62,086 nucleotides of DNA from a virus (Duplodnaviria > Caudoviricetes). The notes beneath the pieces were generated by a model. It made no database searches and was not told where the DNA came from. It saw nothing but the letters and a program-made list of their open reading frames with translations. The translations under genes were made by a program, and so were the position numbers. Each line of letters starts with the position of its first letter. The stretch's first letter is position 1. This document shows, one piece after another, positions 35,918 through 46,559 of this stretch. The DNA lies in the IMG/VR virus record IMGVR_UViG_3300042542_002528, positions 1 to 62,086 of that record, one strand, 5' to 3'.

Positions 35918-36678
35918 CAGCGCACCGTCACGGTGTAAGCGGTGCGGCGCCGGGTGGTGAGTACCACCTTGCAAGCATCGGTCAGCTCGCCTTCAGTGGG
36001 CACGCTGACACTGATGGTGCCGGTGAATGGCGGAGATGCCCCGCCTCCCCCTCCCCCTCCACCAAAGCCGGGCGGGCGGTTCCACACAGGCGGCAGAATG
36101 ATCGGCCCAGGAAAGTTTCCGCCTGGGCCTGCGCCGCCGCCACCACCAGGAATGCCCGGACCACCGGGCTGTGGCTCGCCTGGGAGCGCCGGTAGCCCGC
36201 CGCCACCACCGCCACCACCGCTGACGACGGTGACGCTGTTGGTGGTGATGTTATTGGCGGTGATATTGTTGAACGTGGAGTTGCCGCCCACGTTCATGAT
36301 CGGCCCGCCGTAGTAGTTGTTGAGGGCGAACTCTTGGCTGGTCGGGAAGTAGAAGGAGTTCCCGCCGTAGTTGTTGACGTTGGTGTTGCCGCCGTTGTAG
36401 TTGCCGCCCTGCCAGCCGCCGCCGCCAGGAATGTCTGTTCTGCCGGGTGAGCCTGCCGGGGGAATAAGTCCCGGATACTGCGACGGGTTCCACGGCCCTC
36501 CTGAATACACGCCGTTGTTGTTGCCGATCTGCTCCGGGGCCTGGAAGTTTTGCACGCCTCTGGAGGTGTAGGGCTGATTGCAGTTCCCCAGAGCCTGCAT
36601 CAGTTGACGCACGGCGCCGTCCGGCAAGACGCCAGTCAGCGCCTTCACCAGCGCCGGCATGGACTGTGTGTCAGCCAT
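35917..36678 (-). CDS. Gly/Pro/Asn-rich virion-associated protein
   Basis: In tail operon; low complexity. Confidence 0.7.
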   Translation of the reverse strand: MADTQSMPALVKALTGVLPDGAVRQLMQALGNCNQPYTSRGVQNFQAPEQIGNNNGVYSGGPWNPSQYPGLIPPAGSPGRTDIPGGGGWQGGNYNGGNTNVNNYGGNSFYFPTSQEFALNNYYGGPIMNVGGNSTFNNITANNITTNSVTVVSGGGGGGGGLPALPGEPQPGGPGIPGGGGGAGPGGNFPGPIILPPVWNRPPGFGGGGGGGGASPPFTGTISVSVPTEGELTDACKVVLTTRRRTAYTVTVR

Positions 36679-39265
36679 TCGCGCCCTCCACCGTCATGGC
36701 GTGGAGAACGACGGCGTTGTCTTGTGCGCTCTGCTGGCCCGATACAGCGATGGCTATGTGCCTGTCCGCGCCTGCGGAGCGGTCGTCTACCTGCCCGGAG
36801 TAGTAGGCCCTCGCGTACCCGCTGGCATCGCCCAGCTTGGAACGGCCCTTCTTCAGGTTCAGAACGGCGGCGGTTGATCCGGCCGTGGTGGTGAACCCAT
36901 CGCCTCTATCGGAAGTGATGGCGTTGGGCCTTGGAGAAGAAGAGCCGTTGAAGTGCAACCCGACCTTCAGGTCTGCGTTCCCGGCAGTGGGCGTGTACAG
37001 CACCGAGATCGACCGGCTCCCCTTGTCGGCGTTGGTCAGCACCATGCAGCCGGTGCGCATGCGATATGACACCGCGGAATCGCCATCGGCGTAGCCGCTT
37101 GCCCGAACGAATCCCCCGGAGCCAGTGCCGTAGACAACGTCCTGCCTGCTGGCAAGCTCCATGTTGGCCGCGGCGGTAACAGGCGCGGCGTACTCTTCCT
37201 CCCACCACGCCTTGGTTGCCATGCAGAAGCACAGCGCCCGAACGGTGGTGGTGTCACTGGAGCGACAGAAGTAGAAGCGCACCGTCTTGGTGGAGAAGTC
37301 GCACTTCACATGGAACTTGTCGGACTTGGTGAAGTCGATCACCCGGTTGCGCCACATGTCATCAATGGGCGCGGAGATCGGTTCCTCGTTGGTGCCGTCG
37401 TAGGCGTAGACGCCGTAGCTGTCCGCAATGAATGCCACACCCGCCATGACATCCCAGCAGCGGTCGTTGAGAATGCCTCGGTACGACCCCAGCATGATGG
37501 AGGCGTCGATGACCGGCTGGGCCACGTACTGAATCTTGTAGATGTGCCGCGTCTGCACGGCCAAGAGGGTGGTCGCCAGCGGGATCAGCGCCACCAGCTT
37601 GTCCGAATCGCCAATGGATTCCTGAATCACAATCTCGTTGGAGGGCGGCACGCTCTCCGGCTCGTCCACCTCTGAGAACAGGAGCGAGTTGGGTTTCTCT
37701 CCCGTGGTGTCCACGCCGTACCACGCGCGATCCTGGAACATCACGGCCACGCCGTAGTTTCCGGGCGGCACCTCAAACCGGCGGGCGTTGACCTGTCCAG
37801 AGGGCAGGGTGACCGGCATCAGTCCGTAGCCCTCCCGCTCCGTGTCCCGCAGCTCCTCGTCTGTCAGGGTGTCCAAGTACGAACCAAAGAACGCAGGGTC
37901 TGTGCGTTGAATTGTCGCCGCCCGGAACAGGACAACAGACTGCCCGGAGGTGGTGCGCCACAGCTCCATGGCCTTCACGCGCGGCTCTAGGCCCGAATGC
38001 GTAAACGCCCACGTAAGCGTGCCAGCGGTAGCGCCGGCGTCCACCTCCACAAGCTCGCTGATGGAGGAGGGGATCGGGCCGCGGAGAGTTTCGGGCGTGT
38101 CGTCCAAATACCGGATCGCACACTTGTACGTGCCGTACATAGCCGGCGTCATGGTCGCAGTGGCGGTGGCGTTGTTGTCTTGGACGATGGCGGTAGGAGG
38201 AAGCTCGTACTCGCCGCCGGACAGAACGGCCACGGACGACACAACGCCAGAGGTGGCGGAGGCTGTGGCAGCAGCGGAGAGAAACCGCGTGTCCGACTTG
38301 TTGGGAAGGAACGTGATGACAGGGGCGGCCTGGAACCCAGTGCCACCGCTGACTACGGTGACGGCATTGACGCGGTAGATCATGCGCGGCGTCACAGACG
38401 CACCCGCGCCGCCACCGCCGACCACAGATACAGTCACGCCCGTGGTGGTCGCCCCGGTCCCGCCAGAAAGCAACACAGCATCGACGACAGACCCATTGGA
38501 GACGCTGACGTACCCGTTGGCCTTGGTCAGACCTTGAGCGGACGAGAACGACAACGTCGGCGTGCCGGTGTAGCCAGACCCGCCGTTGGTCACCACAAGG
38601 TCTGCCACTACGCCAAGCACGCCCACATTCAGAGCGGCGCCGCCAGCGCATCCGCCGGCCAGGGTGACAGTAGGGGCCGATGTGTAGCCAGCCCCGGAGT
38701 CGGTGACATCAATCTGCGTGACCCGACCGCCCGAGATGCTGGCGGTGGCTGTGGCCTGCTTGGTGGCGCCGCCGCCCGACAGGGTGACCGTGGGGACCGT
38801 GGTGTACCCAGCGCCGCCGCGGAGAACATCGATGGACGAGACGTACTGCCCGGCGCCGGAGGCGGACGCCTTGATCGTCGGACCAACAGCAGGCTTGGAA
38901 ATCCCGATTGCTTGGAACTGACCGGCCTCGCCGTTCCATCGCAGGCCACGCCCCATGCCGTCCACGGCGTACATGTCGTTGAAGCGCGAGCGAAAGAACG
39001 TCGCCGGGCGAAACGCCCCGGTGTAGGCGTGCGCAGTGGCCTTGGCGTTGCCGGCGATGGTCACGGTCGGATCGGAGGTGTACCCCGTGCCAGAGTTGGT
39101 GATGACGATGGACTCAACCATCGTCCCCGCCATGTGCGCCACTGCGGCGGCGCCTGTGCCACCGCCGCCAGACAGACTCACTGTAGGCGCGGCCGTGTAC
39201 CCGGACCCACCAGTGGTGAGCTGCATCGACACCAGTGATCCGACCTTGCGTTGATACAATGCCAT
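36671..39265 (-). CDS. Tail nozzle/stabilisation-like protein with GxGYTxxPTVT beta-repeats
   Basis: Repeated GSGYTSAPTV motifs; C-terminal propeller-like part (FQDRAW...LLFSEVDEPESVP...GVYAYDG...ISAPI). Confidence 0.75.
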   Translation of the reverse strand: MALYQRKVGSLVSMQLTTGGSGYTAAPTVSLSGGGGTGAAAVAHMAGTMVESIVITNSGTGYTSDPTVTIAGNAKATAHAYTGAFRPATFFRSRFNDMYAVDGMGRGLRWNGEAGQFQAIGISKPAVGPTIKASASGAGQYVSSIDVLRGGAGYTTVPTVTLSGGGATKQATATASISGGRVTQIDVTDSGAGYTSAPTVTLAGGCAGGAALNVGVLGVVADLVVTNGGSGYTGTPTLSFSSAQGLTKANGYVSVSNGSVVDAVLLSGGTGATTTGVTVSVVGGGGAGASVTPRMIYRVNAVTVVSGGTGFQAAPVITFLPNKSDTRFLSAAATASATSGVVSSVAVLSGGEYELPPTAIVQDNNATATATMTPAMYGTYKCAIRYLDDTPETLRGPIPSSISELVEVDAGATAGTLTWAFTHSGLEPRVKAMELWRTTSGQSVVLFRAATIQRTDPAFFGSYLDTLTDEELRDTEREGYGLMPVTLPSGQVNARRFEVPPGNYGVAVMFQDRAWYGVDTTGEKPNSLLFSEVDEPESVPPSNEIVIQESIGDSDKLVALIPLATTLLAVQTRHIYKIQYVAQPVIDASIMLGSYRGILNDRCWDVMAGVAFIADSYGVYAYDGTNEEPISAPIDDMWRNRVIDFTKSDKFHVKCDFSTKTVRFYFCRSSDTTTVRALCFCMATKAWWEEEYAAPVTAAANMELASRQDVVYGTGSGGFVRASGYADGDSAVSYRMRTGCMVLTNADKGSRSISVLYTPTAGNADLKVGLHFNGSSSPRPNAITSDRGDGFTTTAGSTAAVLNLKKGRSKLGDASGYARAYYSGQVDDRSAGADRHIAIAVSGQQSAQDNAVVLHAMTVEGANG

Positions 39266-39266
39266 G

Positions 39267-42200
39267 TCAGGAGTTCGCCGTTCTACTAACGTAAGCCCAC
39301 TGGCCAGCGCGGATCGGGTCCGAGAAATCGCGGGACACTGCTGCGCGCACCCGAATCCAGTAATTCGCCGTCCCGCTCGCCAAACCGCCGGGAGACGGTA
39401 AGGTCGGGAATGTCACTCCTTGGGTGTACGGCCCACTACCATAGGTGGCGACAGAATGCTCCACGGTAGACGACCACGTTGTCGGAACATCAGTGCCGAT
39501 TATCCATGCGGTCTGCAGCTCGTAAGCGGTGATTGCTCTGCCGCCGTCGTACAACGAGCCAACCCAAGAGGCGGTGGACACCCAGCCAGCCCCTAAAGTC
39601 ACGGGCGTCATCGCCAAAGATCGCACCGCGCCGGGTTCGGTGGGCTTAGATTTCGCGACCGACGGTGCGGACAACACGCCTGCAACGCTGGCCAGAGAGC
39701 GGTAGTACCGCAGCCCGGCCGGCTGGCTCGTCGCCGTATATGCCCTCCCCTGCGCGTCGTCCGCGGTCGGCGTGTCGGCCAGCGTCGTCCACGTAACCTG
39801 ATCGGGGCTGGACTGCCATCGATAGAAGGCGATGGTCTGCCATTCGATTCCGGCGGGATGTTCTGCTCGCAGTTTCACGGTGCCGTCGCTGCTGGCCTGC
39901 ACGCCCGTCGACGAGCCGTTTGGCTCAACTACCTGCCAGCCTGGGGCGGGGAGTGCCGCCGGAAGCGTGTACGGAGCAGATGCCGTGACTCCCAATGCGT
40001 TGCGCGCGCGGATCACAATCGTCGCGGCGTTATTGGTTTGTCGCACCAAGTCGTACTGCAGGCCCAGCCCGGCGTTGTATTCAGTAGTGGTCACCCCGGC
40101 GCCAGAATAGAGGACCGTGTACTGAGTAATCACCGAGCCTCCCGTGCTGGACGGCGCCGTCCAGAAGATGCGCACCTTGCCGCCTGGGAGTTCCGTGGAG
40201 GTGATTGTCGGGGCGAAGACCGGCGCGGAGAACGTCACGGTTTCGCGCAAAGAAGACGACCACACGCTTGTCCGAGACACGCCCCCCGCGCTAGCCGTCG
40301 CCTGCGCCCGCCCCAGGACCACACGCGAAGCTGTCGAAGCGTACGGTATGGTGCAAAGAAACTTCGCGCTGCCGCCTTCAGTGCCGCTCAGCATCGGAGT
40401 GGCGGCCTGCCATGTCACGCCCAAGTCCAAGCTGAATTGCCCCGTGTAAGCGATGGACGACATGCCAGCAGGCAAAGCGGAGTACGCGATGAACTGCAAC
40501 TCGCCGCCTGTGCTACGGAACAAAGTCAGAGTTGGCGCGGCAGGCGCGGTCGGAACTGCGGCAGTCACCGTCACGGAGTTGGAGACGGGCGACAAGCCGG
40601 CGGTAGTTTGTGCATATACCGTATACGTGGCCGTGCCGGGGAGCTGCGTGATCGTAGACGCAGTGGTGCTAGAGGCCGCGAATTCAACGCCGTCCTTGTA
40701 GATGACGTACCGCGTCAGCGCCAGTCCTCCAAGCGACGAAGGCTCTGTCCAAGACAGGCTGACCGTAGCCCTGTCGGCCAAGACGTACGCAATAGAAAAC
40801 GACAGGTTTCTGGGAGCCGTCGCCGCCTGGAACGGCGTGACTCTACCATCCACAAACGCATTCCCGAAGAAGGTATTCGCAAACACCCGCACCAGCACTG
40901 TCGTTCCGTTTTGCAGGCCGGTCACCGTGGCGATGCGAGCCGCCGCTGGAAGCTCCGGTGAAAACACGCCCGGCGGCGCGTAGTACACGGAGTATCTCAA
41001 GATCGGGCCGGTGCCGCTGGTTTCCGGGGCGTCCCAGGTTGCCGTGAAGCCGCCGTCCGTGGGCGTCAGCACAAGGTTCTGCGGGGCGGATGGCGGGACG
41101 GCCGGAGCAGCGGGGACGGTGAACGTCACCGACGCCGACGATCCCGAACCTGCGGCAGTGACCGCAGATATGGTGTAGGTGTACGAGGCACCGGAGACGT
41201 ATGGCTGGCCGGACATTGGAACCATGGTCCTGGAGGTGGCGTTGCCTGCCACCTGCTCGCCGTAGCCGACGCCGTACGTCAGTAGGTACGCGGTGACTTG
41301 CTGCCCATACAGGCTGGCAGGGGGGGACCAAGACAGAGCCACCTGCGTGTTGGTCGGCGTAGCCGTGAAATTAAGCGGGGCAGACGGGGCGAGGCCAATG
41401 CCGACATTCGCCCGCATCGCATTGCTACTGCCCACCGCGTTGATGGCGTACACCGACACCCACACAGTTGTTCCCGCCGCCAGCCCCGTGGCCGTGTACG
41501 CGCGCGTCAGGCCGGTGTAGACCTGCGTTTCTTGGCCCGTGAATGAGTTCGATAGCGTCATTCTGTACGAAGTGATGGCAGACCCGCCCGTGCTAGCCGG
41601 CGCATCCCATGTCGCCGAGAAGCCGTCAGCCGTCCTTGTCAGCACAAGGTTTGTGGGCGAGGACGGGGCGGTATTCGCAGACGCCGCCAGTGTCGTCACA
41701 TCAATCGAAGCGACTTGGCCGCCGCCGTTGGCGTTGCTGGCGTATACGCCAAACGTGTAGCGGGTGTTGGCAGTGAGGTCAGAGACTGTGCCCGTGAGGC
41801 CGGAGGCGGATTGCACCGTCCAAGGCCCCTGAGACGAGGTGCCGTAGCGGATGCTGTAGCCCGTCACCGCAGAGCCGCCGTTATTGGCCGGGGCGCCCCA
41901 AGACAGCGTTACGGATGTGGTGGTGGCGATGCCGGACAGGTTCTGCGGCTGGCTGGGCGTGGAGGTGGCGCCAACGATGCTGACCGAATTGCTCGCGGTG
42001 CTGTACTGGCCTGTCCCATACGATGTGATCGCGGCTACGCGGAACACGTAGTCTGTGTTGGCAAGCAGCCCTGACACAGAGGATTGGCTGACTACGCCAG
42101 TGGTCACCGCTGCAGCCCACGTAAGCCCGCGATCCGACGAACGCTGCACGCTATAGCCAGTAATCGGGGAGCCGCCGTCGTCGGAAGGCGTGTACCACGC

Positions 42201-42845
42201 AACAGTGGCCGTGTTGGCGGCGGCGGCAGTAGCCGTCACCACAGCCGGCGGCGAGGCTGGTCGAACGGCTGGAGCGCTGGGCGACACCGGCCCGAAGGAG
42301 GCGCTGTAGTCCCCAGTCCCCGATGCGTTATTGGCGGACGCGCGAATGCGATAGGCCGTGCCGTTGACCAGCCCGGTGATGGTGTACGAGGTCGCTGTGG
42401 ATGATCCGGCGCCGGTCCACGTTGTTCCGTTGTCCGTGCTGACCTGGAACGAGTATCCCGTGATGGCCGAGCCGCCAGTGTCCGTTGGCGCCGTGACCGA
42501 GACGGCGATGGTGGTGTTGCCGGGCAGCGCCGCTGCGATGACGGGCGCCCCGGGGGGCGAGGTGGTGGTGACAGCGCCTGCGGCCACCACCGACGAATAG
42601 ATGTTGCCTTGCGCGTCTTGGTAGACGATGTGTTCTGCCGACCCGTGCTGGTAGCGGAACGCACGCACAATAGAAGTTGTGGCCGTGCTGGGCACAGGAA
42701 GCGTCACGGGCGTCATTCCAGGCCGCACCGTCAACTGCCCGGGAATCAGGCACTGCAGGTTGACCTGCTCCACTGCAGCGCCCGGAGGGATCGCATACTG
42801 GGAAGCGTTGGTGACAAGCCCTGCCCACTTGTTGATCGGGATCAC
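39267..42845 (-). CDS. Fibronectin type III repeat virion protein (1192 aa)
   Basis: Roughly 8-10 FN3 units (W.AP...GGS.IT.Y...GL..GT.Y..RV.A.N..G). Confidence 0.9.
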   Translation of the reverse strand: MIPINKWAGLVTNASQYAIPPGAAVEQVNLQCLIPGQLTVRPGMTPVTLPVPSTATTSIVRAFRYQHGSAEHIVYQDAQGNIYSSVVAAGAVTTTSPPGAPVIAAALPGNTTIAVSVTAPTDTGGSAITGYSFQVSTDNGTTWTGAGSSTATSYTITGLVNGTAYRIRASANNASGTGDYSASFGPVSPSAPAVRPASPPAVVTATAAAANTATVAWYTPSDDGGSPITGYSVQRSSDRGLTWAAAVTTGVVSQSSVSGLLANTDYVFRVAAITSYGTGQYSTASNSVSIVGATSTPSQPQNLSGIATTTSVTLSWGAPANNGGSAVTGYSIRYGTSSQGPWTVQSASGLTGTVSDLTANTRYTFGVYASNANGGGQVASIDVTTLAASANTAPSSPTNLVLTRTADGFSATWDAPASTGGSAITSYRMTLSNSFTGQETQVYTGLTRAYTATGLAAGTTVWVSVYAINAVGSSNAMRANVGIGLAPSAPLNFTATPTNTQVALSWSPPASLYGQQVTAYLLTYGVGYGEQVAGNATSRTMVPMSGQPYVSGASYTYTISAVTAAGSGSSASVTFTVPAAPAVPPSAPQNLVLTPTDGGFTATWDAPETSGTGPILRYSVYYAPPGVFSPELPAAARIATVTGLQNGTTVLVRVFANTFFGNAFVDGRVTPFQAATAPRNLSFSIAYVLADRATVSLSWTEPSSLGGLALTRYVIYKDGVEFAASSTTASTITQLPGTATYTVYAQTTAGLSPVSNSVTVTAAVPTAPAAPTLTLFRSTGGELQFIAYSALPAGMSSIAYTGQFSLDLGVTWQAATPMLSGTEGGSAKFLCTIPYASTASRVVLGRAQATASAGGVSRTSVWSSSLRETVTFSAPVFAPTITSTELPGGKVRIFWTAPSSTGGSVITQYTVLYSGAGVTTTEYNAGLGLQYDLVRQTNNAATIVIRARNALGVTASAPYTLPAALPAPGWQVVEPNGSSTGVQASSDGTVKLRAEHPAGIEWQTIAFYRWQSSPDQVTWTTLADTPTADDAQGRAYTATSQPAGLRYYRSLASVAGVLSAPSVAKSKPTEPGAVRSLAMTPVTLGAGWVSTASWVGSLYDGGRAITAYELQTAWIIGTDVPTTWSSTVEHSVATYGSGPYTQGVTFPTLPSPGGLASGTANYWIRVRAAVSRDFSDPIRAGQWAYVSRTANS

Positions 42846-44095
42846 GGACGACCCCCGTCAAAGTTGTCACTCTGGAGCGGCGTCCGCCAGCCGCTCGTAT
42901 CCCAGATCACCCTCTGCGTCCCGGCGTACGGAGCGAGCTGGTCGCCCTCCATCGCAAGCCGTAAGTCTCTCTGATACAGGGCGTAGGCGTTCTCAGGCTT
43001 GGTCCCGCGCATGCGAGCGAGCCAGTACTCCGCGCAGCTCAGGAGCGCGTTGTGCATGGAGTCCGGCATGTCCAAGATGTCAGTCACCACGTACTTCACG
43101 TTGGTGGCGTACGCCTCGCTCGCCAGCGTTGCAGAGGTGGCGCTAGCGACCGCGACAATACGGGACTCCGACTCGTACGGGTGCATGGACCCCAGCGAGT
43201 CCGGCAGGTCGTCCTGCGTGCCGAACCGAATCACCGACCCGACCATCGACTGCGTGAAGAAGGTGCCAGTTCCCGTCAGCGTCAGGCCGGATGCCGTCAC
43301 GGTGCCGGCCCGGGACGAGTCCTCATGGCCTGAGATGCGAAGCCCTCTCGGCAGACGCCGGTAGGTGAAGTCCAGAGTCTCCACGGTGATCGGATACCCG
43401 ATGACCTTCACCGCCCAGCCGGAAGAGTAGGGGTCTTTGATGACCGTCCACGCATTCGGAGGCCCCTGCAGGTCGACGGTCGATTCGATCTTCATCGCCA
43501 TGTCGGGTTCGACAAACGTGAAGTACGTCCACTTGTTCTGGTCCATCGGCGTGTCGATGTTGCGGAAGTCCGCCGGCAATCGATACAGCGACTGGTACAG
43601 GAGCGCCGACTTTGGGGTCAGCAGATCGGTCGGGAACTTCACCACCGGGTCCGCAAGCAGTGTGTTGCCGTCTAGTCTCTTTGCGATACGGACGACGACG
43701 TTGTTGACACGCAGGCTGCAATTGGCGGAGTGCAGGGGGAAGGTGTCGCCCGTGACACGGGTGAACAGGCGCGTCTCTTCGTCGTACGTGACCGTCCCCT
43801 CCCAGCGGGCGTTGAAGACGATACGGCCGTGGGTGTTGTAGTACCGCCAGTCTTTGATGGTGGAGACTTCGCGGTACGCCCGCTGGAGGGCGGTGCGGAT
43901 GTCCTTCTGCTCAGCGTCTTGGGGGCCGCCGAACGACGCAGAGATCAGATGCTCCACGGCGTCGAAGTACGTCAGGAACTGGCGCGTCGATGTCTGAAAC
44001 CCGCCGTCGTCCGTAAAGAACGAGGTGACGAGATTGCTCCCATCGGAGCCGTCGATGTAGTCGCCGTTGTGCGTCAGCAGCGCGCCGTAGCTCAT
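42842..44095 (-). CDS. Head-tail adaptor / tail tubular protein A-like
   Basis: ALQRAYREV...W, Y.LPADF, ...YP......FTYRR.P, ALL..AEY..A pattern; upstream of nozzle-like genes. Confidence 0.65.
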   Translation of the reverse strand: MSYGALLTHNGDYIDGSDGSNLVTSFFTDDGGFQTSTRQFLTYFDAVEHLISASFGGPQDAEQKDIRTALQRAYREVSTIKDWRYYNTHGRIVFNARWEGTVTYDEETRLFTRVTGDTFPLHSANCSLRVNNVVVRIAKRLDGNTLLADPVVKFPTDLLTPKSALLYQSLYRLPADFRNIDTPMDQNKWTYFTFVEPDMAMKIESTVDLQGPPNAWTVIKDPYSSGWAVKVIGYPITVETLDFTYRRLPRGLRISGHEDSSRAGTVTASGLTLTGTGTFFTQSMVGSVIRFGTQDDLPDSLGSMHPYESESRIVAVASATSATLASEAYATNVKYVVTDILDMPDSMHNALLSCAEYWLARMRGTKPENAYALYQRDLRLAMEGDQLAPYAGTQRVIWDTSGWRTPLQSDNFDGGRP

Positions 44096-44107
44096 GCGTC
44101 CCCCGGG

Positions 44108-44209
44108 TTACGAGCCGTACACCACGCTGGTGCCGAGATAGATTTTGGTCACGGTGCTATCGCCCAGCTTGATGGCAGACACCGCGGTATCGCCAAGGTT
44201 TGCAGCCAT
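44108..44209 (-). CDS. Small tail-fibre-associated peptide (33 aa; IKLG...VTKIYLG..VVY)
   Basis: Hand translation; motif usually follows fibre genes ending TQAQYDA...TLY. Confidence 0.6.
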   Translation of the reverse strand: MAANLGDTAVSAIKLGDSTVTKIYLGTSVVYGS

Positions 44210-44212
44210 TGC

Positions 44213-45052
44213 TCACCCGACAATGAGGTACAGGGTAGTGGCGCTCTTGGTGGAGATGGCGTCGTACTGCGCCTGCGTCACTTTCACCACGTTGGTGATC
44301 GCCACCGCCCCGGCGATGCCAGTGATCACGCTGCCCACCTTGGCGTCCAGGGAGGACTGCAGATTGGTCACCTGCGAGATAGCCAGCGTCACGGCATCTG
44401 CCCCGCCGCTTGCATGCGAGGCCGCGTGGCTAGTGGGCGTGCGGGAATCCGACAGACGAGCATCGTCGCCTTGGCAGATAGTGCCGCCCGTGGAACCAAA
44501 CGCCCCCGTGGTCAGGACGCCGGAGGTGGTGGTAACCACAGGGAGGCCAGAGGTGGTGCCGATGGCGCCGGCGTTAGTGATGTTGCCGTGGGCGTGTTCG
44601 GCCGCAGCGGCACCAATCTCAGAATAGGTGATCGCGTCCGACCCGCCCGTAGCGTGGCTGGCGGCGTGAGCTGTGGGAGTCCTAGACCCCGTGATGCGGG
44701 CGTCGTCGCCTTGGCAGAACGTGCCGGATGTGGTGCCAAAGGCCCCCACCGTGACTGACCCGCCGGCCCCGGTCACTAAGGGCAAGCCGGATGTAGAACC
44801 GACCTTGCCGTCTGCCGAGATGCCGCCGTGGGCATGGTCTGCCGCGGCTGCGCCGATAGCGGACGGGCTGATGGGATCGGCCCCAGCACTTCCATGAGAG
44901 GCGGCGTGCGTGGCCGGGATGCCACCACCCAAGGCCGCAATGGACGCCAAGGTTACAGAGTTGGTGGCCGTCCCGGCCGTGTTCATCACGGGGACGACAG
45001 AAGTGCCCACCGCTGCGGCGAGGGGCAAATCCTTGATTTTGACATCGGGCAT
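44213..45052 (-). CDS. Tail fibre protein with 80-aa (240-bp) internal tandem duplication
   Basis: HAASH/HAHG repeats; TCGTCGCCTTGGCAGA at 44463 and 44703; C-terminal TQAQYDAISTKSATTLYLIV. Confidence 0.8.
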   Translation of the reverse strand: MPDVKIKDLPLAAAVGTSVVPVMNTAGTATNSVTLASIAALGGGIPATHAASHGSAGADPISPSAIGAAAADHAHGGISADGKVGSTSGLPLVTGAGGSVTVGAFGTTSGTFCQGDDARITGSRTPTAHAASHATGGSDAITYSEIGAAAAEHAHGNITNAGAIGTTSGLPVVTTTSGVLTTGAFGSTGGTICQGDDARLSDSRTPTSHAASHASGGADAVTLAISQVTNLQSSLDAKVGSVITGIAGAVAITNVVKVTQAQYDAISTKSATTLYLIVG

Positions 45053-45083
45053 GAGGACCTCCGGGGCTACTGGTAAGTGTCCG

Positions 45084-45383
45084 TTACAGGCCCGCAGCCT
45101 CCCGGAAAGCCTGTTCGTACTGAGCTTGGCTCAACTCCTCAACTGCGTCTGACGCAATGGCATCAGCCAGCATCGCAGCCGGCAGGTCGTAGCCGCAGTA
45201 GGCTGACTCCACGGCGATATAGACCCGGCCATCCAAGCCACGCGGAGCTTGATCTGCTGGCGGAATGGCTGTCTCAGTCAGTGTTTCGGCGCTGGGATAG
45301 CCGTATGCGGCATCAAGCGCACGTCGAAAAGCCTCATACACATCCGCGGACGAACGAAAGTATCTCACGCTGCCGTACCCCAC
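45084..45383 (-). CDS. Putative tail-fibre chaperone or hypothetical protein
   Basis: Follows lectin-like fibre gene. Confidence 0.6.
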   Translation of the reverse strand: MGYGSVRYFRSSADVYEAFRRALDAAYGYPSAETLTETAIPPADQAPRGLDGRVYIAVESAYCGYDLPAAMLADAIASDAVEELSQAQYEQAFREAAGL

Positions 45384-46171
45384 TTTGCTGCCAGATACCG
45401 CTCTACGCCAAGCCGCTGCGCGTCAGAAAGCGCGGCGCTGTAGACGATAATCTCGCAGATTTGTCCGTCGAAGTTGTAGTTGGGCGCGCCCGGGTTAGGC
45501 AGGCCGCGAAGATTCCCAACTGAGATGCCTCCAAAACCGTTTGCTCCAGCAGTCGCCGCCCCCCTGCGAACCCCACCCGAAAACAACCAGTGTCCAACCG
45601 GAAGCGCTACGCAAGCGGTGACGACTGTCGTACCAAACGAGATATTGTGAGACGCAACCTTGGAAGCAATACCGTCCTCGCGACCGAAGTCCAAGATAGT
45701 GGAGCTATTCTCTCGGACGTAGTGAACGAAACGGTTTCCGCCGGGGAGCGTGTCCCACACAATCGGCCCCTTTGCAAGAGCAGGCGAGTAGCCCGCTCGC
45801 ACGCGAAATACAGAGAACACTGTTGGCGCGGCAACGGTGATGGACGAGTTGGTGAGGCGATGATTTGTTGTCGACCACGTCATCGCGTTTCTGCCGTTGA
45901 TGGCGTTACGCGAGTACGCGGGCTGGTTGGTTGCGGTTGTCTGCGTGAGGTGAAGTCCGTTTCCGCTCTTGTCCGACAAGCGGCTGACGTTGCCGCCGTT
46001 GAGCGTGACGGTGCTTTCGTCAGCCGCGTCCCACCACGCAAGCAAGCCAACCGCGAGGCTTGGGAGTAGCGGCAATACGGACGAGGGCGTCGGCACTGGA
46101 GTCGGCATCCCCAGCAACTGCGTCGGCATCGTCGCAGAAACATAGCCCACCGGATAGATGCCAGCGTTCAT
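45365..46171 (-). CDS. LamG/concanavalin-A-like receptor-binding protein
   Basis: WWDAAD...DKSGNG.H..Q....QP; FDGQICEIIVYSAALSD...VERYLAAKW. Confidence 0.85.
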   Translation of the reverse strand: MNAGIYPVGYVSATMPTQLLGMPTPVPTPSSVLPLLPSLAVGLLAWWDAADESTVTLNGGNVSRLSDKSGNGLHLTQTTATNQPAYSRNAINGRNAMTWSTTNHRLTNSSITVAAPTVFSVFRVRAGYSPALAKGPIVWDTLPGGNRFVHYVRENSSTILDFGREDGIASKVASHNISFGTTVVTACVALPVGHWLFSGGVRRGAATAGANGFGGISVGNLRGLPNPGAPNYNFDGQICEIIVYSAALSDAQRLGVERYLAAKWGTAA

Positions 46172-46551
46172 AGGTCTGCGCCGAGGGCCGTAACGTCGAT
46201 GCTTTCCGCGTTGTGCGTGGACACGCGGAGGGACCATGAGGCAGACGGCAGGATCAGGTTGTTGTAGACCACCGAGACGCGAGTCGCCTGCACACTTGCT
46301 GAGACGGTCGCAGCCGCCACGTTGATCTCGTCGAAGAAGAAAAAACTGGTGCCGTCATGCAGGAACACCCGCACTTGACCCGCCGTGGTGGTGACGCGCG
46401 CCTTTATGCACACTTCCGCAATCCTGGTCCCGGTCGACGCGCCCGTGATCAGCGTTGCCACCGTGCCGGTGCCGTCGCGGTTGGTGTTCGCCGTGGCGAT
46501 GTTGACGCTCGCGATGCGCGGCGTGACTGCGAAGGCTGGGGACGTTGCCAT
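46168..46551 (-). CDS. Small beta-sandwich virion protein
   Basis: Thr/Ala/Val-rich, in fibre cluster. Confidence 0.7.
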   Translation of the reverse strand: MATSPAFAVTPRIASVNIATANTNRDGTGTVATLITGASTGTRIAEVCIKARVTTTAGQVRVFLHDGTSFFFFDEINVAAATVSASVQATRVSVVYNNLILPSASWSLRVSTHNAESIDVTALGADL

Positions 46552-46559
46552 TACTGCTC

